Assembly (NCBI GenBank): GCA_965248255.1
Contig: CBDFIW010000003.1
Span: forward strand, 993,239-1,057,238
Length of the DNA: 64,000 nt
Source of the DNA: Bryobacterales bacterium
GTDB taxonomy: Bacteria > Acidobacteriota > Terriglobia > Bryobacterales > UBA6623
Direction: 5' to 3'
The position numbers and the translations under genes are program-made. Below, one piece after another: positions 37,897 to 46,816 of this stretch; positions within the stretch are counted from its first letter, which is position 1, and every line of letters starts with the position of its first letter. The notes below the pieces were generated by a model. That model worked only from the letters and a program-made list of their open reading frames with translations. It was not told the origin of the DNA and did not search any database.

Positions 37897-38252
37897 TCAC
37901 GCACCTCCGATTTGGGACTGGTGCCGGGAAAGCAGGGGCGGCACTGGCTCTCGGAAAGAGACGTTCCCGGTTGGTGTAGACGTCGCTGACGGAAAAAAGT
38001 TCGCTCATACTCGAAAAAGATCAGGCACTCTGGTTCGCACCTTGTGCTCGCACAAGCAGACACGCAGCGCAAGATGCCCGGCGACTTGAACGCGATTGCC
38101 ACTCCCCTATTAAACCGGGAGCCATCGACGGACGGCAGAGCTCGCAGAATGATAGGTCCTGACGGACGGCGATCCGATGATCCAGCACGTCGGACCGTGA
38201 CGAGGGCGCTTCCGCGGACCGGAGTTCTCGGAAGTACTGCCGGAGCAAGCAT
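37893..38252 (-). CDS. divergent PadR-like transcriptional regulator (tentative)
   Basis: It sits directly upstream of and overlapping the ADOP start, as is typical for PadR-ADOP pairs. PIILRALPSVDGSRFNRGVAIAFKSPGIL...RCEPECLI loosely fits the PadR wHTH pattern. Confidence 0.3.
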   Translation of the reverse strand: MLAPAVLPRTPVRGSALVTVRRAGSSDRRPSGPIILRALPSVDGSRFNRGVAIAFKSPGILRCVSACASTRCEPECLIFFEYERTFFRQRRLHQPGTSLSESQCRPCFPGTSPKSEVRE

Positions 38253-39032
38253 GGTTGGCGGGAAGGCGATTATCGGCAGCTGCGAACGAGCGGTCCGTCG
38301 TGGCTTCAGCAGTTTCAGCCAGTTAACGTGCGAAACCAGGTTAGACTGCGGCCCACACCGCAACGTTCGGGTGAGGGATTACAGTGATGGAAGGATCCGA
38401 TTCGACCAGCCTGAATTCCGCAAGACGTTCCTCAAACTCAGTCCGCGGCAGAGAGCCCGCCTGGCCCAGGGCCGCCCCGACGGACTCAAAGCTCATTCGG
38501 TATAGCCGCTTCAGATCCGTGGAGTCATACTCGATCCCTGAGTCAGCACTAACCTGGGGGGGGATTCTGCTCCAGCCTCTCGGAATAGATGAACGAGCTC
38601 CTTTCCAATCAGGGGATGCGGAAACACCGCTGCCCACATTGCAGGAATCTGTTCGTACGCGGGGTTTGGTGGATAACAACAGCTAAATGCGAGGTCCGTA
38701 CCGGACGAAAAGGTCCGCGAGATGGCCCTGGAGCACCAGGAAGCCCTGGGCCTCCCGCTCACAGAGCCCACGCGGGGCGGAATCCCGGTTTCGGGGGAAA
38801 AGAAAGCTTGGCCCAGGGACATCTGAACCGGCGGCTGTTCGGTGACATGCTGCGTCGGATCTGGGCGCTGCCTGCGCCCGGAGGGTAACGCGGCGAGCGC
38901 GGGGCAGCCGGAGCGGGGAGTTGCCGAGAGGCAAGGCCGGAGCGGTGTCGGTAGAGTGGCCGCTGGCGTTGCCGGAACGCCTTGACCGGACCCGATCTCC
39001 TACAGGACCTAGGTATCGAGTAAATAAGGCAG

Positions 39033-39452
39033 TTGATAGGACAACTGGATTACGCGCTTAAGCACCTCCCGAAAGATCAAAATGGCAGTGAAGTGGCCGC
39101 CCGCGGCTACGAGCTTGTAAAACGAGCCGCGGAGGAAGCGGACCTGCAGAAGTTGGTGGAGCAGGCGCTGGTCAACAAGTCGGATTTGGACCGGAAGGTT
39201 AGCGCCAAGCGGAAGAAAGTCGTTCATAAGAAAGAAGCTGCCAAGAAAACTGTCAAGAAAGCCGCGAAGAAAGGTCCCCTTGAAGAGAGGAAAGGCCAAG
39301 AAGACAACAAAGGTGGGTGGAGGCCGAAGTCGAACAGTGCTTTGAGGAATAAGACAATCGGGCTAAAGGTCGGCCCGCATGTCAATGCATTGTGCAGAAG
39401 GCGCCCGAAAAGCTTGGGCAAGGGACATCCGCCGGACGCGCCACGTCGGTGA
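39033..39452 (+). CDS. hypothetical lysine-rich protein (tentative)
   Basis: The ORF has a histone-like tail KRKKVVHKKEAAKKTVKKAAKK and a lower-GC context. The C-terminal half looks non-coding. Confidence 0.2.
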   Translation: MIGQLDYALKHLPKDQNGSEVAARGYELVKRAAEEADLQKLVEQALVNKSDLDRKVSAKRKKVVHKKEAAKKTVKKAAKKGPLEERKGQEDNKGGWRPKSNSALRNKTIGLKVGPHVNALCRRRPKSLGKGHPPDAPRR

Positions 39453-39463
39453 TTTCACCTTAA

Positions 39464-39908
39464 TCAGGATGGAGTTCTTTGCGGCTTCCGCTCGGCCAAT
39501 TTCGTTCGCCCGCGTCTTTTCGAGATACATTGCGGCGATGTCAACTTATTGAATCCCGCTTCCGGACCCGTTGCGGTTCTGAAGTTGCCCATCACTCCCG
39601 AGCCTACCAGTTGCTTCCAGCCCAGGCGTTCATAGACCCGACGAGCGACAGGATTGTCCGTCGCCAGGAAAAGTGCCTCCCCGCCTTGGTCAAAGAATGA
39701 ATCCCGCGCCAGCCGACATAGCTCGGCCGCAATGCCGCGCCCCCGATAGTGCGCCGGCGTAACGACCTCACTCCCCCCCCCCCCAACCGCCGGTCCCCCT
39801 TTGGAACCGTTAGATGGGAACTGCCGGCTACCTCTTCTCCATCCCAGGCCAGATAATACGTGTCCTCATTGGAATGGCCCGAAAAGCGAGACCAGTAGAG
39901 AAGGGACA
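39464..39908 (-). pseudogene. GNAT-family N-acetyltransferase, frameshifted at a C12 homopolymer and N-terminally truncated next to the IS3 element
   Basis: The N-terminal frame reads ...YYLAWDGEEVAGSSHLTVPKGDRRLGGGG. The downstream frame reads EVVTPAHYRGRGIAAELCRLARDSFFDQGGEALFLATDNPVARRVYERLGWKQL. The frames differ by one nt at 39773-39784. Confidence 0.7.
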
Positions 39909-39937
39909 ATGAACCAGGGAACGGTAAGGAGGTTCGA

Positions 39938-40323
39938 TTGTCTCGAAGACGATTCACGAAGGAGTTCAAGCTGGCGGCCGTCCGGCGGCTCGAAGCCGGC
40001 GAGTCCGGCTCGGCTCTCGCGCGCGAGCTGGAGGTGAAGCGCGAAAAGCTCTACGACTGGCTGGCACAAGTCGAGCGCTACGGCGTCGAGGAAGCCTTTC
40101 CCGGCGCGGGGCGCGTCCCGGCGGCAGCGCCCGTGTCGAGCCCGGCCACGAAGCCCAGGCCCGCCTCGCGGAGCTGGAACGCAAAGTCGGCCGCCAGGCC
40201 ATGGAGATTGATTTTTTGTCCGCAGCCTTGCGGCGTGTCGAGGATCTGCGCCGGCCGAGCATCGTCAGTGGAACCGGCGCGTCGCTGAGGAAGTACGGGC
40301 CGCAAGGCGGCAAGGCAACATGA
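39938..40323 (+). pseudogene. IS3-family orfA, internally frameshifted
   Basis: The HTH part (MSRRRFTKEFKLAAVRRLEAGESGSALARELEVKREKLYDWL...AFPGAG) is in one frame. The leucine-zipper part (EAQARLAELERKVGRQAMEIDFLSAALRRVE) is in the -1 frame from about 40110. It ends with TGA overlapping the orfB ATG (ATGA at 40320). Confidence 0.65.
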
Positions 40324-41150
40324 GCACGCTGAGCACGCGCGATTTGTGCCGCTTGAGCGGACTGGCGCGAGCCAGCCTCTACCGCCAGGCCAAACCCGAC
40401 AGCGAGCAGGTCGGGGAACTGCGGCAGGCCATTGTCCACGCCGCCTTGGACCATCCGGCCTACGGCACCCGGCGGACGACCCAACAGCTGCGCCGTCAAA
40501 AGCTGCTGGTCAATCGCAAGCGCGTGCAACGGGTGATGCGCGAAGAGAAGCTCTTGCGGCGACGTCGCCGCACCGTTCCGCGAACGACCGATTCGAAGCA
40601 CTCGCTGCGGCGTTATGAAAACCTGACGCGCGATTTCCAACCCACGGGTCCCAACAAACTGTGGGGCTCCGATCTCAGCTACGTACGATTGGGAAACCAC
40701 TTCGTCTATGTGGCGGTGGTGTTGGACGTGTATTCGCGGCGCGTGGTGGGCTGGGCCGTGGGTCCGAACCTGAAAACCGAATTGCCGCTGGCGGCGCTGC
40801 AACAAGCGTTGAGCAGCCGGCGTCCGGCGCCGGGCTGGATTCATCATTCCGATCAAGGTTCGCAGTACGCCGCGGAAGCTTATGTAGCCACCCTGCGGCA
40901 AGCGGGCGCGAGGATATCGATGAGCCGCAAGGGCTGCCCGCAGGACAACGCGTACGTGGAAAGCTTTTTCAAGACTTTGAAAAGCGAGGAAGTCGACTGC
41001 AGCGAGTATGAAAGTTTGGCCCAGGCGCAGGCCGAGATCGGCGCTTATATTGAGCGGGAATACAATCGTACGCGATTGCATTCGGCGCTGGGCTATCGGC
41101 CGCCGCAAGAGTATGAGCGGCTGTGGGAAGAGGCGGCTAACGCCGCCTGA
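40320..41150 (+). CDS. IS3-family orfB (DDE integrase core)
   Basis: PNKLWGSDLSYV...VVLDVYSRRVVGW...HHSDQGSQY...NAYVESFFKTLKSEEV...YNRTRLHSALGYRPP. Confidence 0.9.
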   Translation: MSTLSTRDLCRLSGLARASLYRQAKPDSEQVGELRQAIVHAALDHPAYGTRRTTQQLRRQKLLVNRKRVQRVMREEKLLRRRRRTVPRTTDSKHSLRRYENLTRDFQPTGPNKLWGSDLSYVRLGNHFVYVAVVLDVYSRRVVGWAVGPNLKTELPLAALQQALSSRRPAPGWIHHSDQGSQYAAEAYVATLRQAGARISMSRKGCPQDNAYVESFFKTLKSEEVDCSEYESLAQAQAEIGAYIEREYNRTRLHSALGYRPPQEYERLWEEAANAA

Positions 41151-41322
41151 GTTTTCTTAAGGCATGAGCAGATCTATCGATCCGATGGCGCAGCACAAGG
41201 CGGGATGCGGCCTCAGTAGGCGAGCACCCCGCCCTCATCGTTGCGATGAGTCTGCGGCCGGGTATTCCTTGGTGGGTTGCTCTCCAGCAGAGCCCGCCTC
41301 CGCTTCCCCGGATGAGTTGATC

Positions 41323-41604
41323 ATGCCCCCATTGGGCTGGATTGGCTATCCTTTTTCAGTCAACCGCGACCCGTCCCTACTTTCTTGGCCTCGCCACAGG
41401 GGTCCACTCCACCAATACATCTCCTTCTACTGCGACGACATCCGCGAGACAGTCGCCGAACTGGCAGGTCGAGGAGTCGAGTTCACCGACGAGGTGGCGG
41501 ACCGAGGATATGGGCTGGCAACGCACTTCAAGGTACCGGGTGGCTTCACCGTTGAGTTGTACCAGCCTCATTACCAGCGCAAGCCACGCCTGTCAGATCG
41601 CTAG
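41323..41604 (+). CDS. VOC/glyoxalase-family protein, probably only the C-terminal half (fragment)
   Basis: ISFYCDDIRETVAELAGRGVEFTDEV..GYGLATHFKVPGGFTVELYQPHY matches the second beta-alpha-beta-beta-beta module. No convincing N-terminal module is present. Confidence 0.4.
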   Translation: MPPLGWIGYPFSVNRDPSLLSWPRHRGPLHQYISFYCDDIRETVAELAGRGVEFTDEVADRGYGLATHFKVPGGFTVELYQPHYQRKPRLSDR

Positions 41605-41781
41605 AGAGCTGTCTTGTGTTCGCCACCTATCAGTCGGATCTCGTTTACGAGATCAGAAAAGCAGACGGACAAACGTTCTTCGCGATGGCGTTCTTGAGGG
41701 CGAGAGTCTCGACAAGCGCATTGAGCAAGGCCGGCTCAAGATTCTCAAAGCGCTCGGCATTGCGTTTTTGGAGGAGATTCC

Positions 41782-43626
41782 TTGCCTGAGCACCTGCTCA
41801 TTGGCCTCACGCTGATTCTCGTTCTGGGAATCGCGGCGCGTTGGATCGCCTGGAGATTGCACCTTCCTTCGATCCTGCTGTTGCTTCTCAGCGGCATAAC
41901 GGTTGGACCCCTCACCGGCCTCTTGAATCCGGATGAGGTCTTTGGAGATTTGCTTCTCCCGCTGGTGTCGATGTCCGTTGCCGTGATTCTCTTCGAGGGC
42001 GGTCTCAGTTTGAGCCTCACGGACCTTCGAGAGATCGGATCGATCGTTCGGAACCTTGTGACGCTGGGGGTTCTGGTCACTTGGGTCATCACGACCGGCG
42101 CGGCCTACCTCATCCTAGGTTTTGATTTCGCTCTAGCGCTCTTGTTGGGTGCGATCTTGGTTGTGACCGGGCCGACCGTGGTCATTCCGCTGCTGCGTCA
42201 CGTGCGGCCCAAGGGGCAGATCGGAAGCATTGTCAAGTGGGAGGGCATACTAAACGACCCGGTCGGTGCGCTGCTGGCGGTTTTGGTCTACGAGGCGATC
42301 CTGGCGGGTGGGTTTCATGGTGGCCCGAGAGCGATTGCGCAGCAATTCTTTACTTCCGTGGCCGCCGGTTGCTTGGTTGGTTTCGCGGGCGCTGCGCTGA
42401 TGATCGTTCTCCTGAAGTACTACTGGATTCCAGACTTTTTGCAAAACGCTTTCTCTCTGATGATGGTGGTGAGCGTCTTTACGGTCTCCAACATCTGGGA
42501 GGCTGAATCGGGCTTGTTAGCCACGACAGTCATGGGGATTGCGCTGGCCAACCAAAAGATTTGTCCGGTCAAACACATTGTCGAGTTCAAAGAAAACCTC
42601 CGAGTACTGATGATCTCAAGCATTTTCATCATCTTGGCTGCGCGATTGCAGATTAGTGATTTAGTGGAGGTGGGATCCAGCGGAGTTCTGTTTCTGGCCG
42701 TCCTGATGGCGGTGGCTCGGCCGGCGGCTGTGGCCGTCTCCACCATGGGGTCGCAGCTTAGCTCGCCGGAGCGCAAATTCCTGGCGTGGATGGCGCCGCG
42801 CGGCATCGTCGCGGCGGCGGTCTCCTCCATTTTCGCTGCTAGGTTGAGCGAAGCCGGCTTTGCGCAGGCGGAGCGTCTGCTGCCGGTCACATTCTTCGTG
42901 ATCATTGGAACGGTGACAATCTACGGCCTGGGAGCTTTCCCCGTAGCGCGGATGCTCAAGGTGGCGCAACCCCATCCTCAGGGAGCGCTGATCGTGGGAG
43001 CGCACACGTGGACCCGCGCCATTGCCCGAGCTCTCGAACGGGAAGACATTCGCGTCGTGCTGGTGGACAGCAACCGCGCGAACGTAGCGACCGCTCGCCT
43101 GGCGGGGCTGCACGCACGCTATGGCGCAATCCTTTCCGAGCAGGTCCTCGACGAGATCGACCTGTATGGCATCAGCCGTCTGTTGGCTCTGACGTCGAAC
43201 GACGATGCCAATTCACTTGCGGCCTTGCACTTTTCCGAGATTTTCGGTCGTGCCGAGGTCTACCAACTCTCGCCCGGCAATGGTGACTCGGCTGGCAGGA
43301 AATCGACCTCTCCAGGGCATTTGAATGGCAGATTTCTGTTCGGGGCGGAGGCCACCTACGATCGCCTGTCGCGAATGTTCGATGCCGGGGCGACCGTAAA
43401 AACGACCCGGATCACTGAGAGATTCAACTATCGGGCGTTTCGAGAACTCTATGGGGACTCCGCGGTTCCAATGTTTGTGATCAGCGACAGAGGAGACCTG
43501 GCGGTCGCCACGGCAGCGAGTGCTCCCAAACCTCGCGCCGGACAGAGCCTCGTGAGCGCGATCATGCCTGATGACAACGAACAGGCTGGCGGAGGTCGGC
43601 AAGACAGTGATGCTTCTGGTCAGTAA
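41782..43626 (+). CDS. cation:proton antiporter (CPA1/NhaP-like) with C-terminal TrkA/RCK-like domain
   Basis: 614 aa with about 12 TM segments (LPSILLLLLSGITVGP...), followed by a soluble tail (ALIVGAHTWTRAIARALEREDIRVVLVD). Confidence 0.85.
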   Translation: MPEHLLIGLTLILVLGIAARWIAWRLHLPSILLLLLSGITVGPLTGLLNPDEVFGDLLLPLVSMSVAVILFEGGLSLSLTDLREIGSIVRNLVTLGVLVTWVITTGAAYLILGFDFALALLLGAILVVTGPTVVIPLLRHVRPKGQIGSIVKWEGILNDPVGALLAVLVYEAILAGGFHGGPRAIAQQFFTSVAAGCLVGFAGAALMIVLLKYYWIPDFLQNAFSLMMVVSVFTVSNIWEAESGLLATTVMGIALANQKICPVKHIVEFKENLRVLMISSIFIILAARLQISDLVEVGSSGVLFLAVLMAVARPAAVAVSTMGSQLSSPERKFLAWMAPRGIVAAAVSSIFAARLSEAGFAQAERLLPVTFFVIIGTVTIYGLGAFPVARMLKVAQPHPQGALIVGAHTWTRAIARALEREDIRVVLVDSNRANVATARLAGLHARYGAILSEQVLDEIDLYGISRLLALTSNDDANSLAALHFSEIFGRAEVYQLSPGNGDSAGRKSTSPGHLNGRFLFGAEATYDRLSRMFDAGATVKTTRITERFNYRAFRELYGDSAVPMFVISDRGDLAVATAASAPKPRAGQSLVSAIMPDDNEQAGGGRQDSDASGQ

Positions 43627-43925
43627 CCCTGTGCCTGCGGCTCACGCCGGTCAGTAAAAGATGTTCGGCGTTTTGACCGAAATCAGTGGTGAGACTAGCA
43701 GGAGTGGGTTTCCCAGCGGGTTGTCGGCCTGTGGCCCTCTGAGCAATGTAGAGACTCGAGACGCGCCGCGCCGTTGTGCTCAGATTCGCGAGGGCAGCTG
43801 TTCCGTTGCAAGTGTCCGGACAGCAGGTGAATCGCCTACTTCAGGAGTGACGGAGGTTGAAGACCGGAACGTAGGGCCCAGCGCCGTCCGGACGAAAGCC
43901 GTAGTTTCGGTTTCCTGACAGGTAC

Positions 43926-44498
43926 TTAGCGGGGGCCGCGCCCGCGCCCGCGACCCTGTCCACGACCGAGGCCGGGGCTAACCTGCCCTCGGATCTCACC
44001 TGTGGGGAACAAGTCACTGTGAACGTTGACGTAAGCGCTCCGTTGCTGGAGCGCTCGAACAAACTCATCGAACTCCTCGGTCATCACCCCTTGGTTGGCG
44101 GGCCCAACGATCTGTAGCGCCATAACAGTGCCGCTGACGGTCCCAGCAGGCGAGTCTGGGCAATCGGGCGTTCCAGCAGGGCCGTTGCCCAGGTCCGTGC
44201 AGAGAAACGCCATTACCCCTCCGTTCACGCCTGGCTGGCCGAGATGAATGTGAGCCTGAGTCACCTCCCCTTCCAGATCGGAATAGCTGAGCTCATAGCT
44301 GAGCGACATACCATCCGGGCTGAGTTGACCTTTGAAGGCTCCTCTCCCCGTCGTCATCACGACCGGTACTTCTTGCGACCCGCCCAGACGAGCACCCAGG
44401 TTGACTGGGCCACGGCCTTGAGCCGACATGGGGATTGCGGAGATAAGGGAGACGGCCGTTAAGAGAGCCCCGATTACCAGGTTCGATTGTGGTCTCAT
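43926..44498 (-). CDS. CHRD domain-containing secreted protein
   Basis: Signal peptide, then G.GAFKGQLS.DG..LSYELSYSDLEG.VTQAHIHLGQPGVNGGV, which is typical of CHRD. It has a GR-rich tail. Confidence 0.75.
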   Translation of the reverse strand: MRPQSNLVIGALLTAVSLISAIPMSAQGRGPVNLGARLGGSQEVPVVMTTGRGAFKGQLSPDGMSLSYELSYSDLEGEVTQAHIHLGQPGVNGGVMAFLCTDLGNGPAGTPDCPDSPAGTVSGTVMALQIVGPANQGVMTEEFDEFVRALQQRSAYVNVHSDLFPTGEIRGQVSPGLGRGQGRGRGRGPR

Positions 44499-44716
44499 TT
44501 GGTTTGCTCTAGAGTTAATGATTCAGTATCCAACTCTTCCCATGTACACTCCTTGGATTCGATTGTCAAGCTCAGGCTGTACTAGTACTTCTTGGGGGAA
44601 GTCGCCCGCCTGCTCCCTGGGGTTCTTCGCGCCGCCCAAACTTCGTTCAGTCTCGTGAGAATGGGAGGGTTCATGGGTCGTGTTAGTTTAATTCAACGAC
44701 ACTCGCTGACATTCCG

Positions 44717-46576
44717 TTGCCGTCGGCTTCCGCGGAACAGGAGAGGCCTCCAATGAGAACACAATACCGCTTGACGTATCCAATCGTTTGCCGAAGCTTC
44801 GCTGCGGTTGTGCTTTGTGTCTGCCGGCTCACGGGGCAAGCCGAGTCAGAGGTGGCCTTCCCCCCTTCCCGCCCGCCAAGTAATCACATCCAGGTTGAGA
44901 ATAGGGTCTCAATCCCGATGCGGGACGGCGCGATTCTGAAAGCTGACATCTACCGTCCCGCTGGGGAAGGCAAATATCCCGTGCTGGTCTCGCGCACACC
45001 CTACGGCACCGAGCGTGCAGGCAGACACCGGGCAGGTGTCTTCTTTGCGCGGCGGGGGTACGTGTTCGTGTTCCAGGACACACGCGGGCGGCATGAGTCC
45101 GACGGCGAGTGGTCGCCTTACCGACTCGAAATGCTCGACGGGCACGACGCGATTGAATGGGCCGCCAGTCAGCGCTGGTCGAACGGCAAAGTAGGCATGC
45201 AAGGTGCGTCCTACCTGGGGCATGTGCAGTGGCAAGCGGCCCGTACCGTTCCACCTCATCTGGTGACGATCTTTCCGGTTGTGGCAATGACCAGCTTCTA
45301 TCATCATGGCCTGACGACGAACGGAGCGTTTCGTCTGGCGATGCGGTTCGGCTGGGGCGCCGTCCGCAACGATGATCGACTCATGCAGAACACGGAGGCT
45401 CACTTCATGGAAGATGGGCCGGAGAGTGTCAGTTATGAGAAAGTGCTTTGGCATCTACCGCTGATCGACATGCCGCGTCTGGCCGGTCGCAACCCTACGT
45501 TCTGGAGGGACTGGGTGACCAGGTCCGACTACACCGATTACTGGAAGGTTCTCAATGCCGAAGAGGATTTCCACAAGATTCCTATCCCTGCGCATACCTT
45601 CGGAGGGTGGTTTGATGTCAACCTGATGGGAACGTTGAATGGATACGCCAAGCTGAGCAAACTTGGGAAGACGATCATCGCGCGAGAGAAGAGCCAGATG
45701 ATTGTCGGTCCGTGGGGCCACGGACCCGCACGCCGAGTCGGGCATCTTGACTTCGGTGATCACGCCAATGTGGATACTCGTTCCGTCGAGTTGCGCTGGT
45801 TTGACTACTGGTTGAAGGGCATCGATACCGGCATCCAGCAAGAACCCCCCGTCAAACTCTTCGTGATGGGGAAGAATGTCTGGAGGCAAGAGAACGAGTA
45901 TCCACTGGCCCGAACCGAGTACAGAAAACTGTATTTCCACAGTGGGGGTAAGGCCAACAGCTACCGTGGGGATGGAAGTCTTTCGTGGGACCCCCCTGCG
46001 GCCGATGCCGCGCCCGACCGTTATCGATACGACCCCAAGCACCCGGTCCCGAGCCTGGGTGGCAACAACTGCTGCGGGGCCGATACACCGATAGGGCCCG
46101 TGGATCAGCGTCCCATCGAAGGGCGCAATGACATCCTGGTTTATACATCGGATTTTTTGGAACAGGAGGTCGAGGTGACGGGTCCCGTCAAAGTCGTGCT
46201 GTATGCCGCGTCCGATGCGAAGGATACCGATTTTGTGGCGAAACTGGTCGATGTCTATCCGGACGGCCGTGCGGTCAACGTCGCCGAGGGTATTCTACGG
46301 GCTCGTCATCGCGAGGGCCTCGACCGGCCGAAGCTGATGGAGCCGGGTCGAATCTATGAGATGCCGATCAATCTCATTGGCACGAGCAACGCTTTTCTCC
46401 CGGGTCACCGCATCCGCGTGGATATCACGAGCAGCCATTTCCCACAGTTCAACCGAAACCTGAACACGGGCGAAACCATTGGGCTTGGCTCGAAGCCGAT
46501 CGTGGCCGACCAGACGATTCATCATTCCAAGCTGCGTCCGTCGCATATCGCCCTGCCGGTCATTCCACACGAGTAA
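44717..46576 (+). CDS. CocE/NonD-family hydrolase (peptidase S15, X-Pro dipeptidyl-peptidase-like)
   Basis: IPMRDGAILKADIYRP.GEGKYPVLVSRTPYG, GASYLG and a C-terminal PepX_C-like domain. The ATG at 44753 (MRTQYRL, after GGAGAGG) is a likely start. Confidence 0.85.
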   Translation: MPSASAEQERPPMRTQYRLTYPIVCRSFAAVVLCVCRLTGQAESEVAFPPSRPPSNHIQVENRVSIPMRDGAILKADIYRPAGEGKYPVLVSRTPYGTERAGRHRAGVFFARRGYVFVFQDTRGRHESDGEWSPYRLEMLDGHDAIEWAASQRWSNGKVGMQGASYLGHVQWQAARTVPPHLVTIFPVVAMTSFYHHGLTTNGAFRLAMRFGWGAVRNDDRLMQNTEAHFMEDGPESVSYEKVLWHLPLIDMPRLAGRNPTFWRDWVTRSDYTDYWKVLNAEEDFHKIPIPAHTFGGWFDVNLMGTLNGYAKLSKLGKTIIAREKSQMIVGPWGHGPARRVGHLDFGDHANVDTRSVELRWFDYWLKGIDTGIQQEPPVKLFVMGKNVWRQENEYPLARTEYRKLYFHSGGKANSYRGDGSLSWDPPAADAAPDRYRYDPKHPVPSLGGNNCCGADTPIGPVDQRPIEGRNDILVYTSDFLEQEVEVTGPVKVVLYAASDAKDTDFVAKLVDVYPDGRAVNVAEGILRARHREGLDRPKLMEPGRIYEMPINLIGTSNAFLPGHRIRVDITSSHFPQFNRNLNTGETIGLGSKPIVADQTIHHSKLRPSHIALPVIPHE

Positions 46577-46816
46577 GTGCAACCCGCCCAACGAAGCCCA
46601 TATGGCTGTGGTCGTCGTTCGAGCATGCCTAGAAACAGTGAAGGCGTGCAGCAGGTCCGCTACGATGACTTGTGGAGACCGTGGGCATAAGACTCGGCAT
46701 GTCGACCGCGCCACTCCCCCGCGGACTCCTGGCACAACTGCCCCAGTACTCCCCAGGCTGCTAGTTTATTCCACAGAGCCTGACCTATTTCGACCAGCGA
46801 CCCTGCGAGGTTCCCT

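Larger units (their letters stand above)
39909..41170 (+). mobile_element. IS3-family insertion sequence (termini not resolved; coordinates approximate)
   Basis: orfA (HTH, FTKEFKLAAV) and orfB (rve: HHSDQGSQYAAEAY...RKGCPQDNAYVESFFKTLKSEE). I could not find convincing TG...CA inverted repeats or a 3-bp duplication. Confidence 0.7.

Noticed and set aside
36943-37989. 348-aa ORF on the plus strand.
   Set aside because: It is antisense to the ADOP permease fragment, whose N-terminus and TM pattern are unmistakable.
39966-41108. 380-aa ORF on the minus strand.
   Set aside because: It is antisense to the IS3 orfA/orfB, which have clear transposase motifs. The translation is arginine/alanine-rich and low in complexity.
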